From the NCBI GenBank assembly GCA_951406725.2, contig OX597816.1, forward strand, positions 104,222,001-104,286,000: a DNA stretch of 64,000 nucleotides. Direction: 5' to 3'. The translations under genes were made by a program, and so were the position numbers. A model generated the notes under the pieces. That model was not told where the DNA came from, ran no database searches, and worked only from the letters and a program-made list of their open reading frames with translations. Origin of the DNA: Octopus vulgaris (taxonomy: Eukaryota). Positions 28,136-41,899 of the stretch are shown in pieces; position 1 is the first letter of the stretch, and the number at the start of each line of letters is the position of its first letter.

Positions 28136-30035
28136 TTGTGTATGTATATATATATATGTAAATTTGTATATATATATATATAAATTTGTGCATATATATA
28201 TATATATATATATATTCTTTTATTCGTTTCAGTCATCCACAGAATATATATATGTATTTATGAATGGCGTCTTATCAGTTACCCTGCTTCCCCTATCGGT
28301 TTGGAAATGATACATATACTGCTTCCTATCACTTACCAATATGTTTTGATTATCATTCAGCTTTATACGATTTTAGTAATTGGAAGCCCAGAGTACTTAA
28401 AGTACATCTTCCAGCATCTAAACTAATAAACAAAAACACCTCTCGTTCAGCCTACTAGAAATAGCGAATCTCTCTCTCTTTCTCTTTCTCTGTCTTCCTT
28501 TCTTTCTCTCTTTCTCTGCTTCCCTTTCTCTCCCCATTTCTCTCTCTCTCTTTCTCTCACTTTTTCTGTCTCTCTTTCTCTCGCCTTTTCTTTTCTCTCT
28601 CTCTCTCTCTCTCTCTAGCTCTCTGCCTGTCTGACTCTCTCTTTCACTCACACATACAAAACAAACTTCACCGTTCTTTTTTAGAATATGAAAGACCTAT
28701 TGGATATTGTAGATAAACAGTTTCTGGGGAGACGAGGTGGTCACGCCTCGAATACCGTCAATTATATGTATGTTGATCAGAGACTAAACAACAGAACAAT
28801 AGCAACATCAACAACAAGAAAACATGAGCATAATTATATAGCTAGATATTTTCTGTATACTACTTCTAGAATATATATATTTAAATAGTCTATATGGAGA
28901 CAATTGTTTCTAAGAAAGCAAAGCAAAATGAGTCAAAGAAGATGTCTCTACATGGCGCGAGAGATTGCTAGCAACTAAATTTACATCGAAGCATTCCTTA
29001 ATAATCTTGAAACAAGGTTAAAGTATATTGGATAATGTAGTTGAAGTCTAATATACCACAACTGCAACTATAATATATATATATATATATATACATATAA
29101 ATAACATGGATAGATAACACAGGACTTGAAATGAATGATTTATAGAGGAAGAGAATGTAGTTATTGATCAGCCATCAGAAAGACGTATAATCGTGTTTTC
29201 TTTTCTTTTTTTATCTATATTTGTCAAATATTAAAAGAATGCAGCCTCCACTCGCAAGCGAATATAATCTGACAGCTTGTACCCTACTTTGGGTAGTCAT
29301 TTTAGGTGTCAGTGCAGTCGCAGTGCAGGCGTAGACACCTAGTTGCCATCCCAGAGACAGCAGCAAAGAGAGAAGGCTGTACCAGCAGTCATCTGGTAGG
29401 CATTTGAGGGAACTGAAGCAACGTGAGAGGATGTCATAATCAATCGTGAACTCAACACCTCACCAATACGCCACACACCTTCACATTGTCGAATATAGTG
29501 TTCTACATACCGTTTTATTTACCGTGCTCTTTTATTTAAATGTGTTTCGTTGTGGTTTCAAAGAGAATTCTAACAGCTGTAGTGACCAATACTCGCGTAG
29601 GTGCTTTATCGGTGATGAAATGTGACAAATCTGCGACTAGTTTCAATTATTTGAACTCAGTAATTAGCCTTAATGTTCTGATACTGTTAGAAATGCCCTG
29701 AATATAATAATTATAAGCGTCTAAATTTTCCATGGTTACAAGAAGAAAACAAATGAAACAAATGAATGAGCTTGTATTTAACCAAAAGAAGTCGGTGTAT
29801 GAAGTAGAATGGAATATTATAATTGCGTTAAGAAGATCTCTGTTATAATTAAATTCAAATGCTAAGGCATGAATGACAACAACCTAAACAAAAATTCTTC
29901 CGAGAAGAGAAGAAAATCAAAGAGGACTTAGAAGCGGAATGGAATGAAAGTATTGGCGGATGGTAGGAAACATATGGTAGGAGGAGCAGAAGAAGGTAAA
30001 AAAAGATTATAAGGAATGAGGGGGAGTTGGGAATG

Positions 30036-30078
30036 AGAAGAAGAAGAAGAAGAAGAAGAAGAAGAAGAAGAAGAAGAG

Positions 30079-30110
<32 letters not shown>

Positions 30111-30135
30111 GGAGGAAGAAGAAGGGGAAGAAGAA

Positions 30136-30169
<34 letters not shown>

Positions 30170-30189
30170 GAAGAAGAAGAAGAAGAGGA

Positions 30190-30228
<39 letters not shown>

Positions 30229-30316
30229 AGAAGAAGAAGAAGAAGAAGAAGAAGAAGAAGAAGAAGAAGAAGAAAGAGACGGAGACGAATAGGAAGAGGA
30301 GAAAAAAAGAAGAATG
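30036..30316. repeat. (GAA/GAG)n polypurine tract
   Basis: ~280-bp almost purine-only run; source of the poly-R/K, poly-F/L and poly-S pseudo-ORFs. Confidence 0.95.
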
Positions 30317-30626
30317 AAGAGAAATTGAAAGTGAAGGTGAATATGAAGGAGAGAAAAACGATGAAAAGGCGGTGGGTGGTGATGGCGATCGTTGTTGTGG
30401 CAGTGGAGGCGGTGGCTTATGTGAGAACGGGGAGTGAATATAATATAGAGTGAAACGAAATAATAAAGAACACAAACAAAAACAGAAAGGGGGAGATGAT
30501 CAGTGATAGAAGAGATGAGGAAAATTTTTTTAATTGCAGCTGTCACATGGTTAAACAAAACAACTAATGCTTTCTGTTATCATTGATCAGTGATCGAATT
30601 TTGTATATACAGTGCAGGTACTCGCA

Positions 30627-30677
<51 letters not shown>

Positions 30678-31115
30678 TTAGACTGACGAACATTGACACG
30701 TATGTACACATACAAATATAGACAAAACACACACACACACACACACACGCGCCCATACAAATACGTAGGCTTGCACATCTGCACACATTGCAATACAATG
30801 ATATTCTATTTCGTAGCCATTGTCAGTAACAGATTTTGTGCAATTACTAACAATAATATTTCTTTTGTCTTCTAGTTACTCAATATGACCGGTAAGTTTC
30901 TTTATAGAGTGGGAGACGTTACGTAGCAACTGTCGCAGTCTCTCTCCTACATGGCCGTGAAAGCCGGATAGCAAACATCGAACGACAAACCAGAGCTGTT
31001 ACACGCTGATGTATTTTACTCTGCTCTCCTGTCACTTGCCTGCTCTCTTGTCACAGCCAAGAGCTTAATGTTATTTCTACGTCTTTATCTGCTAGATGTT
31101 ACCCACCTTCTAGAG

Positions 31116-31739
31116 CTGTGGTTCTGAACCAATGTTTTTGCCTATGAACCCTATTGATTTCTATTTTAGTCTAATGCACCTCCATAGCCATTCGGTGTGT
31201 ATTAAAAAACTCCTACTGTATTTTTTAAAATACTTTTCTACTCTAGGCATAAGGCCCGAAATTTTGGGGAAGAGGCCATTTGATTAGATCGACCCAAGTA
31301 CGTAATTGGTACTTAATTTATCGACCCCCGAAAGGATGAAAGGTAAAGTCGGAATTTGAACTCAGAACGTAACGACAGACGAAATACCTATTTCTTTACT
31401 ACCCACAAGGGGCTAAACACAGAGAGGACAAAAAAGGACAGACACACGGATTAAGTCGATTACATCGACCCCAGTGAGTAATTGGTACTTATTTAATCGA
31501 CCCCGAAAGGATGAAAGGCAAAGGCGAGCTCGGCGGAATTTGAACGTCAGACGAAATACCGCTAAGCATTTCGCCCTGCGTGCTACCGTTTCTACCAGCT
31601 CGCCGCCTTATATTATTTAAATATGATTATGAATTGTATAAAAAAATGAAACTATTTTATGCTTTGCAGAAGTATAAGCAATTTACTGCACATAAATTTT
31701 ACCAACAAAATCATATATGGACCACGGTTAGAAAGCCTG
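31116..31739. mobile_element. Possible hAT/Charlie-like MITE carrying a SINE insertion
   Basis: Left end CTGTGGTTCTGAACC and right end GGACCACGGTTAGAAAGCCTG resemble degenerate CAGTGGTTCTCAACC-type TIRs. Confidence 0.4.
31233..31608 (-). mobile_element. SINE family A, dimeric copy
   Basis: Head AGGCGGCGAGCTGGTAGAA at 31608; two B-box/Nin-like units joined at AAAGAAATA|GGTATTTCGTC; the second unit ends in a different tail (CCCAAAATTTCGGGCCTTATGCCTAGAGTAGAAAAG). Confidence 0.88.
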
Positions 31740-31904
31740 AAAAATACAACAAATTAAAATCTGCAGAATTTATAAAAAAAACCTCATCTTCTTAAATTAA
31801 ACGATAACAGTCTTTAAAGTTCACTTCAAGATATTTGTACACACACACACTGGCGCGCGCGAGAACGTGCGTGCATACTTACGCAAGAATGTATGTATGC
31901 ACGT

Positions 31905-32514
31905 AATTATTCAGTTTTATTTCAAGATTTCTTGCCAATAGAGAAAGAGCCGGTTTCTAACCTAGATCCAATGCTCCTTCATTGGAATTTCAACATCAAC
32001 AGGGTATTTTGTATGTATGTATGTATGTATGTATGTATGTATGTATGTATGTATGTATGTATGTATGTATGTATGTATGTATACGAGCAGATATGTATGG
32101 TTTGTGTTATGCATGTATTTTTATGCAAATCGTTGCATCTCTAGGCATGCTCATATATACTTAAATGATAAACTTCTTTAAAGTTTTACAGATTTTTACT
32201 GTTCCAGTTGTAGCTTGAATCGGCAATCTACGAATCAGCTTTCTCCTTTCTGGTTTTGAGAAGCCTAATTTCTCAGATTGGTATTTAAACTTTGTGTTAC
32301 ATATCCCAGTACCTCAATAATTACAGGAATAAACCCGAAGTTGTAATCTGGATAGAATCACTGTAGATTTCTCAATAGTTCAGTGCAGGTATTCTCTTTC
32401 TCACTGATCTCCAAGCCTTATGTTAACATCCGCTGGGCAGCTGATTTCCACAACTGTACACAGTTTCTTTTCTCTATCCCAAATCATTATATCAGGTCTA
32501 TTGTGTTTACATTT
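31905..32514 (-). mobile_element. 5'-truncated RLE-type (R4/Dong-like) LINE fragment
   Basis: Minus-strand translation with frameshifts: KCKHNRPDIMIWDREKKLCTVVEISCPADVNI...EKEN...YPDY.FGFIPVIIEVLG...GTVKICKTFKKFII* (stop at 32161). This is a PD-(D/E)xK RLE domain. The 3' UTR ends AATAAAACTGAATAAT. Confidence 0.8.
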
Positions 32515-32807
32515 TATGTATGTATGTATGTATGTATGTATGTATGTATGTATGTATGTATGTATGTATGATCATGTTGATTAGTCTCTCGTAGTACAAG
32601 AAAAATGATTCTATAATGTCTTGCTGAACAACTTACACTAATGATTTGTTTATAGTTGTGAAATGTTTGTGCTGTACGTTAACTCTTTCCCTTAATGTAA
32701 TCGACGTTGCCTTTACTGGTGCACAGTGTCGAAGTGATCGCATAGCAACGTCAGGTGAAGTGTTTCCTTGCAATGTTTTCTTAATGTTTTAATGCGTGTA
32801 GGTATAT

Positions 32808-33817
32808 AGACACAGGCGTGGCTCTGCGGTATGAAGCTTGCTACGCAACCATATGGCCGTAGGTTCAGTCCCACTGCATGGCATCTTAGACAGGTGTCTT
32901 CTACTATAGCCTCATATAAACCAAAGCCCTGTGAGTGGATATGGTAGACGGAAACTGAAGGAAACCCGTCGTAAATATATATATATATATATATCAATCA
33001 TATGATATAAATATATGATATATATACATACATATATATGTATATATAACGGGAAGCTTTATGAAAATAAACAAAAGACGAAGGCAGGTGGAATACAAAC
33101 AAACAATTGTATTAGTATAACGCTCAGGAATATAAATAAAACAAGATATATATACATGCATATATGGATACAGGACATAGAAAACGTAGGCAAAATGAGA
33201 AACGAGAACATAAAAAACAAACACATAGAAAACGAACTTTTTTCGAACAACGAAACAAACAAACAGAGAAACGAGACAGGCAATATAAAGGACATTCCCT
33301 TCATCAGTTGTTCCCTGTTTCTTTCGTTGTTCGAAAAAAATGTTCGTTTTCTATGAGTTTGTTTTTTATGTTCTCGTTTCTCATTTTGTCTACAATTTTA
33401 TTACCCTATATGCTTGTATATATACATATATATGTAGGTGTGTACATATATGTATGTATATATGCATATATTTATATATTATCTATATTATTATATGATC
33501 GAACGCCACGCACCCATCTCCAAGTAAGTTTTATATGTACATACATACATACATATACACACACACACACGCGCGCACACATACACACACATATGTCTGT
33601 GTGCATGTGTGTCTGTGTGTGTCTGTGTGTGTCTTTGTGTTTCTGTTTGTCTTCCCGCACCATCGCTTGACGACCGATATTTGTGTGTTTACGTCCTCGT
33701 AGCTTAACGGTTCGACAACAGTGAACCAGGCTTACAAATAATAAGTCCTGGGATGGATTTCTTCGATTAAAAGACCGTGCTCCAGCATGGCCGCAGTCAA
33801 ATCATTGAAACAAGTAA

Positions 33818-33818
<1 letters not shown>
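32808..33818 (+). mobile_element. SINE family B, full length, split by an insertion in its internal microsatellite
   Basis: Head GGCGTGGCTCTGCGGTA...GGTTCAGTCCCACTGC (32808-32972); 3' part 33600-33818 ends GTGCTCCAGCATGGCCGCAGTCAAATCATTGAAACAAGTAAA. Confidence 0.85.
33049..33530. mobile_element. Inverted-repeat insertion, probably a PLE pLTR remnant
   Basis: ~70-bp near-identical inverted arms at 33186-33255 and 33322-33393. The spacer carries ACAACTGATGAAGGG on the minus strand; the family recurs at 61005-61135 (+). Confidence 0.55.
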
Positions 33819-33856
<38 letters not shown>

Positions 33857-33875
33857 TATACGCAGATTGATTGAC

Positions 33876-33944
<69 letters not shown>

Positions 33945-34287
33945 TACATCAATATAATTGCTTAGGCATAGCGATACTTATAATCTGAGGTTAACACTCA
34001 GTACTGATATGCTTCAAAGAAAAAGTTTTACTCGAGTATAATGTATAAGAGATTATATACACTGCACAAGGGAACAACAAATTATATAATGAACTTCGTT
34101 TACTTGCAACTCTTTCTGTTATGAGATGCAATACACTTATATCTAAGTCGGATCTTCAAAAATGAATTCCCGACGAAGCCTATGAGATGATACACAACCA
34201 TTCAAATAGGTGTGCATTGCGTCTTATAGCAGAAACAGCTTTATATGTGTGTGTGTGCGTGTCTGTCTGTGTGTGTATCTGTGTGTA

Positions 34288-34425
<138 letters not shown>

Positions 34426-36568
34426 CGTACACGCGTGCAAGAAAAGACATATGTGTAATTAACATTCAACAGGTTGGCTAATATGTTTTCCATTATGTTC
34501 TTTATTCTTTATTTTCAAATCCATTATATTGTAAGTTATATGAACATGAAAACTTATTATTTAGCAAAGATATGGGCTTTACGTATAGTAATAAATGTAT
34601 AATTTTGTGTATTTTATTCGTATTTAATTAATACTCGACCGTTATAACTTATGGCATAATTTATGGTGCTTTTCACTTCTTCCTTTTAAAGTAAAGTATG
34701 TAATATATTGTACTAAAAAGTGTTTGCGACGTTTAAATAATGAATGATTAGATAGTGTACCAAATTAAAATAACCAGATTTCAATGGCATTGAGAGTAGG
34801 TTGATCCAACGTAAACGATGTCCCTAAGGTAGAAGATACTAAAAAATTTATCAGCCTACAGATGCAAGGTAAATGTCTACGTAGTATGAAATATTTATTG
34901 CTATGACACATCTACTTCAATTGGTATAGTTGATGCTATACATAGCTACATATATATGTGTGTCTTTTGTGTTTATGTGTACACCCACACATTGTGTTCA
35001 TGTGTACACACACAGACACAAAGGGTGCATCATTTCAGCACCCTGTTTTAAAAAAAAGAACCTTACTAGCTCAGGTTGTTATCGAGTACAACACCTTTTT
35101 ATTCATAAAGATTACGCAGATTTCTTTTAGATGTTGGATTCGATACACTATACATCTGTTTTGTATAATAAAATATTATTTGACACGTTAATTCTATTGA
35201 ACATATATCTGTTCAAATCATTTGAAGTAAGTGGGTCTCTTTTTATATTCTGTCGTTTCATCTATGTTTTTCTGTTTCTCATTTATTATTCCTTTTCTTT
35301 ATCACTTTCTTTAAGTAACGCAATCAAGCCTGTATTGTCAGAATAAACAGGGATTTGATATATTTTATGATTTTATGATCAATTTAAGTGTTGGTTACCT
35401 TAAAAATACAGGGGCAATGTTTCCCCTTTTTGATAGTTACGGCTGCGGATACATTTATATAAATGATAAAATATTGGGTGAGAACCCTACTACTTACATC
35501 TGAATATTTTTTTTCATTTAATAATTTTGTTCTGAACAAATCTCCAAAAGAAACCAGATTGACTTTATTATCACTGAAATCGATGTGCATATGATGACAT
35601 TCTCCTGTACATGTCTCAACCTGGTTAGAATAATCAATGTACATTTGAATTGAAGTATCAGAAGCATGTGTGCACTTGTGTTTAGCAGGATTGCTTTGTT
35701 TACAAATATGCACTTAAGATATTTGTACTATTCACATAAATGCTTCAATAGACAAACGTTATTCTTCTTTTAAGTACAATAAGTAAAGCAGTAAACTCTG
35801 AAACAGAGATCGTAATAGTGGTCAAAAAGAGATGAATTTTATTCGATTGTCAGATGACTGTGTTGAAAATTTAACAAGAAGGGCTTCACAGCTTACTGGT
35901 TCGTTAATGTATAAGCTTTAGATGTCAGCATGAAAGTTATATGGAATTAGGGGCTTTATAAGACAGGAACAAGCTACAGTATTTTTCTTAGGTGAGTAGG
36001 AGTAAAATTTGAGTTCTCTGAAAGATGTATAACCAAAAGAAAATTTTGCTTTTTGTTCTATGTGTATCTTCGAACATATTTACGACCAAGTGATATTGAA
36101 ACGGCACTGAAGCGTAAGAAAACTTATCTAGTTATTCGTGTGGTTATATCAATAGAAGAATGTAAGGAGAAACAGGTAATAAACCGCTGTGTATTCCGAT
36201 GACATCACTAGAATTTTCTAGCTTTTGAGAAGAGTGATAATTAGAGAACATTATTACTACTGGAACGATGTACCCTTAAATTGTTCTTTGACCTGTGAGA
36301 AATTACTGCGGCCTTAAAAAAGAAAGAGACATGTGGGATAATGTAGTCCTTGATACTTTTAAAAAGGCGGGTAGGAGTCACAACGGGAAAATTTTTACCT
36401 TTAGCACACTGAAAGTCCATTGCCTCTCGATAGATTTTTCTGCCCTCAAGCAACAGGGTCGTGACACGGGAAACAGTTCTAGAGAAAGTGCAGTGTGCTA
36501 AAGGTTAAATCATAGATTTGCTCAGTCAGTGATCATCTCAGGCTAAGCAAGAATATAAGCAACAATAT

Positions 36569-36612
<44 letters not shown>

Positions 36613-37196
36613 GCTACTGCTGCATGTAAAGTACCACTTGAATAGATAGTATATAATAGGTAAGACAATAGCACGCGCCTGTTGATTTAGTTTATACCTA
36701 TTTGTTGATAGACTAACCACGTTTACATTCAATATAATTATATATTCCTCTAACAATTCAAGCTTAATAATAAATTAATATATTCAGACTAACTCCTTTG
36801 TTAGATAGAATACTAGCTGTTCATTAATAATCATGACTTTCAGATCTTTGTGAACATTTTTGTTGTACAGTGATATGATGACTGAATTAAGAGAAAGGGA
36901 TTTGCAGAACAGAACATCTTTGTTTTCGGATATTGATACTCAACTGTAGTAATGACTTTTTTAAAAGACATTTCTGTCAATGATGTATGCATACAGAAAT
37001 TGATTAATTGAACAGTTTTCCATGTCAGATGTTGCGGCTAGTCTTGCATGTGTACACACACACACACATACACCCACACACACACACACACACGCACACA
37101 CACACACACACACATGTCGTCAGTAAATCATAAATCCGAAAGAGAATCACATCATTTATATATAAGTTTCTCAACCTTCTAGGGATTAAAATTAAA

Positions 37197-37677
37197 TATT
37201 TCTTTATTGCCCACAAGGGGCTAAACATAGAGGGGACAAACAAGGTCAGACAAACGGAGTCGATTACGTCGACCCCAGTGCATAACTGGTACTTTATTTA
37301 TTGACTCCGAAAGGATGAAAGGCAAAGTCGACCTCAGCGGAATTTGAACTCAGAACTTAACGACAGACGAAATACCTATTTCTTTATTACCCACAAGGGG
37401 CTAAACATAGAGGGGACAAACAAGGACAGACATAGGTATTAAGACGATTACATCGGCCCCAGTGCGTAACTGGTACTTAATTTATCGACCCCGAAAGGAT
37501 GAAGGGCAAAGTCGACCTCGGCGGAATTTGAACTCATAACGTAACGACAGACGAAATACCTATTTCTTTATAACCCACAAGGGGATAAACATAGAGTGGA
37601 CAAACAAGGAGAGACATAGGTATTTCGTCTGTCGTTAAGTTCTGAGTTCAAATTCCGCTGAGGTCGACTTTGCCTTT
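37197..37677 (-). mobile_element. SINE family A tandem array (3 headless units) ending in an inverted 62-bp copy
   Basis: Units start at 37197, 37377 and 37561 (~180-184 bp period). 37616-37677 is the exact reverse complement of 37318-37379. Confidence 0.88.
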
Positions 37678-37975
37678 GTAAATAAATGAAAGAATGGAGT
37701 CAAACGACGATTTAACAAAATTCCTTTATTCTCGACATATGTTTCGAAGACTGCATATTCCGAAGGAATAAGGGGTGCATTATGCCGCCTTCTCATCAGG
37801 AAAGACAAGGAACTTATGTCAGCATCATGACGAACAAAAAAAAACACACAAATTTCCACACGAAAGCACGTGATCTCTGCCCTTGGCATGTAGCTTCAAC
37901 CGTGTTTTCTGACGTGAATTTGCTACCCAGGTATCGGTTAACCGAATTATCCATACTAGGATAATTCATTCAATA
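37678..37975. mobile_element. PLE pLTR fragment with internal inversion
   Basis: 37678-37830 (-) is homologous to 27770-27920; 37845-37955 (+) is homologous to 27920-28030 (CGTGAATTTGCTACCC.GGTA). Confidence 0.65.
37723..37810 (-). ncRNA. Type I hammerhead ribozyme with intact catalytic core (PLE pLTR type)
   Basis: Minus strand: tttc-CTGATGA-gaaggcggcata...tatgcagtcttc-GAAA-C-ATAT-G-TC-gaga. Stem II 11/12 bp, palindromic minimal stem III, GUC site with predicted cleavage between 37734 and 37733. Confidence 0.85.
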
Positions 37976-37976
37976 T

Positions 37977-38053
<77 letters not shown>

Positions 38054-38194
38054 TCATAAAAAAAGAAGTTTGAAAATGCATATATATTATATATATAATA
38101 TATATATATATATATAATATATATATATATTATATATATATATTCATAAAAGAAGTTTGAAAATGACTATATAAGATAAATTGTAATTTTCTTA

Positions 38195-38247
38195 CACATT
38201 TTACATGTTTCGTTTCTTCTTGAAAAAACGAACTTCATCAAAAATAT
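38195..38247 (-). ncRNA. Highly degenerate minimal hammerhead motif
   Basis: Minus strand: attt-TTGATGA-...-GAAA-C-AT-G-TA-aaat. C3 is mutated and stem II is weak. Confidence 0.35.
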
Positions 38248-41200
38248 TTTAAAAAGTTAAGTGTAATAAAAAAGTTCATAATTGTTTCTTACTAGTCTCA
38301 ATAGAGTCTACGTGGGTGTATTTTGTGGTGGGGAGCATAATGGCTGTCTAGTGCGTTGACTAGATTCGTTGATATATATATATACATACATACATATCAA
38401 ACTAGGGATTTGCGAAAAGACACTTGTCTAAGGTGCCGCGCATGTGATCGTCTCGGGAGTTAAATGGTTACGAAGAGAACCACTTAACGAAGCAGTCATG
38501 CTTGTACCCATATAGAAGAAAAGAAGACAATATGCATAATTGAATGATAGGATGTGCGTAGGTTGTGAGTCGTGCCGGATAGCATTATAAGGTGTAACAG
38601 ATAGATAATATTGATATAACGGAATCATGTTCTAACGTGTGTATCGCTTATATATCGTTGAAAACTCAGAGGGGAAAGTATCTGCATAGTACAGATCTAC
38701 TGTACTATGCAATTCATGTGTATGCTGATACAAACCAGAAGACGATTAAATCGACCCACCACTAATTGATGGGGGATTTATTTTATCGGCCCCAAAATGA
38801 TGAAAGAAAAGGAGAGATAAGCGGGAATTTGTTTCAAAACGTAAATATCAAGAATAAATACGAAAAAGCAATTTGGCCGATACCCACATCAATCTGCCTA
38901 TCTAACACTCTACAACTCTCACAAACTTCTGGAACATTACATTTGCTCTAGGTTTGTAAATATAAGCATAAGGAATCGTCACCTTTCCCAGAGTTTTAAC
39001 CAGAAATGAAGCATGAACACGGTTTCTCGACAGAAATACACGCCAAAATCTCTTAAATAGCATTTTACGTTTTAAAAGGAGAATCCTAATTATACAAAAG
39101 GGAGGGATGTTCGAAGCTGAAATCTTGTTGATCATTATCCATGGCTAATCAAGGGTCTAAACAACAATGTCATGTAATTTTTGATATGCTATGAAACATA
39201 AAAATTGAACCTATAATAGATAATACAAAATACGAAAATCTTCTTCAACGCGCAAAGCAGTTTACACATATCATTCGAGTGTTTCAATCACGTTACTAAG
39301 TCTTTATTGTACGAAGTTTCTACTTACAAGAATTAATTTTGTTTTAAGTTTACTGCTCACATCAAACTTAAGAAAGTTTATCATCTCTTCTTCAAGAGAT
39401 ACTACATCCAACTCGAAATATAACAGGCATTGCATTTGTGCTTGTATTTCATTCATTCACGTATAACTAACCTGTGATGTCTTACACAAATGCAAGGCAT
39501 ACATTTCGGGGAGAATGTACTTGATTATAACGGACAAAGTATTTGACTAGTCCTTCCTTAGGTACTTAGGTACTTCCCCGGTACTTAACTGGTAATTTAT
39601 CGACTTTGGAGGATGAAGGACAAAGTGAATTTGGTGGGATTTGAACGGAAATAATCTAAACTTATTATTACTCTAAATACTAGCGTGATGAGGGGATTGT
39701 CTGGTCCAATTGGGGATTATATCAAACGTCAGTATGAAATACATAAACTTTGTATGAAGCTTATGTCAGAACATGCATGTGATTAGCAAATGAAAGTAAA
39801 AGTTTCTTTTGTAGAGATTTCAAAATACTGCATATATCTTTAGTTGAAATTTGGATATAAAGACTTTACAGTTATTTAAAAGATGTGTATGAAAGTGAAT
39901 TCCTTGCATAGCAAGTCAGCATAACACCCACATCAAAATGAAACAAATGCTACATGTGCTTGTACTTAAACACTTTATTCAGCCATGTGATTTCTTTCTG
40001 TATCCTTGTGACAATAAATTACTGTACTTTCTTTTTGAATATGCTTATCAGATGTGACTCTTCACGTTCTGGCATCTACAGAGTCAACGTTGCTTTGAAC
40101 CTTCCAAGATCAATAAAAATAATTCATCAGTCAAGATTTAATAGTCAACACCACTTTCACATAACAAAAATGCAAATATGTCTTTATATGTTAGAAATAA
40201 TTAGTTGTATTGAGCATTAGAACGTCGCAAATTTGTGATTGTAATATCTTGTATTTTACATAGAAAATATTTAAAAAAAAGAAGTTAAAATATCAGTTAA
40301 AAATTAATTGACATCTAACATAAGATCATGATATCATATTTTAGCGGGAGAATATAATTAATACATATGTAGAACTCAGTATCTTATAAGCATACGGTGA
40401 GAGGCAAAGTTGATACTAGTGGGATGTAAACTGAAAATGTAAGAGGACGAAAATAAAAACTTCAAAATATTTTGTCCAACGCTCACAGTACATGTAATGC
40501 TTCCTTACATGAGAACAATTTTCACTCCTTTATGCTAGGGAGAAGAAGTCGTCCATTAAATCTTGACTGGTACTATATTTTATTGACTCCAGAAAGTGCA
40601 AAGGCGAAGCTGATCACGGTAGGATTTGAACTAAAAATCCAAACTGTTATATGCTTGAACGAAATTAGAATAAATTAATATCACCATTAGAAAGAAATCT
40701 AAATTTACAGGTGAAATGACAGAGTAGACAAACTGTTCGGATGCAAGGTCATAGAATATAAGTTCAGTTTCCGAGGTGGATTTTCTGTTGATTCCGTGAA
40801 AAAAAATCATTAACTTTTAGGTTCGTCTATTAAACAATTGTGACATCGTAATGTCAAACATTTTTTTGCCAAAGATAAATATACAATATAATGGAGCCTA
40901 TACAAGAGTCATACTATAGACTAACACCGTTAAGAGGAGATCTTAGGAAAGTAAAAGAGCTGGTTTAAATACTGTTATTGAATAAATTAGGGGAAGATAA
41001 GTGAAGTTAAAAGAAATTAAAAGCAATTGAGAACAACACAAGAGACGGCCCTTCTATACTTAACTATAAGCATGCTGCCTCAGATACACTAGCACATTAT
41101 GAACCATACCAAACATAACATACGATAAATTCTATAAGTAGGTTATATATTTCGAGCAGATGCTGTCTAGGTTTTTTTTCATTGCTATCTATTATAAATT

Positions 41201-41828
41201 ATTCTAATTGCTACTTGATTGAGTTATAAAATATTATAGCTATTCAGCAGACCAGAAAACAAAGTATATGTTTTGAACAATTAGTCTTACTAATCAAATT
41301 GCAAAATTGTTAATTAATGTCCCAGATTGTCATTAAATAGACTAATTAATTATCAATCTTCAGTTTAGGAAACTATTTAACATGTACAACAAGCAACTCA
41401 CAATACCACTCCTAAATAGAACCTGTTAACACTCATTATAACTCTGTATATATTCACCAAATACCTATATATATATACACACACATACATACATAAATAT
41501 GTCATCATGATCATCATTTAACATCTGCAAGCTGCTTTTTATTCTGGTGTGGGTTGGAAAACGTGAGTCTATACATATTGTGTATATATACATAGAGATA
41601 TATAGAAGAAGATTGGATTAATTGGCTTTACTTACAAATTGTAGCATTTGTTTCTGTGGAATCGCAGCAACTGTAAGTTGCTGATTAATCAGTATCATAC
41701 TATTAAAATATGTTATGCAATACATACACATATACACACCGATACAGACATATACTAATATGTAAATATAGATTTATATATCTATATATGCATACATACA
41801 TAGACACACACATATGCACACACATGTA

Positions 41829-41899
<71 letters not shown>

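Noticed and set aside
29855-30558. Long ORFs of 206, 183 and 96 aa
   Set aside because: They are translations of the (GAA)n tract giving homopolymeric F/L/S/R/K; no coding signal.
37197-37677. CRISPR-like repeated array
   Set aside because: Units are ~184-bp SINE multimers with no unique spacers and no cas genes, in eukaryotic DNA.
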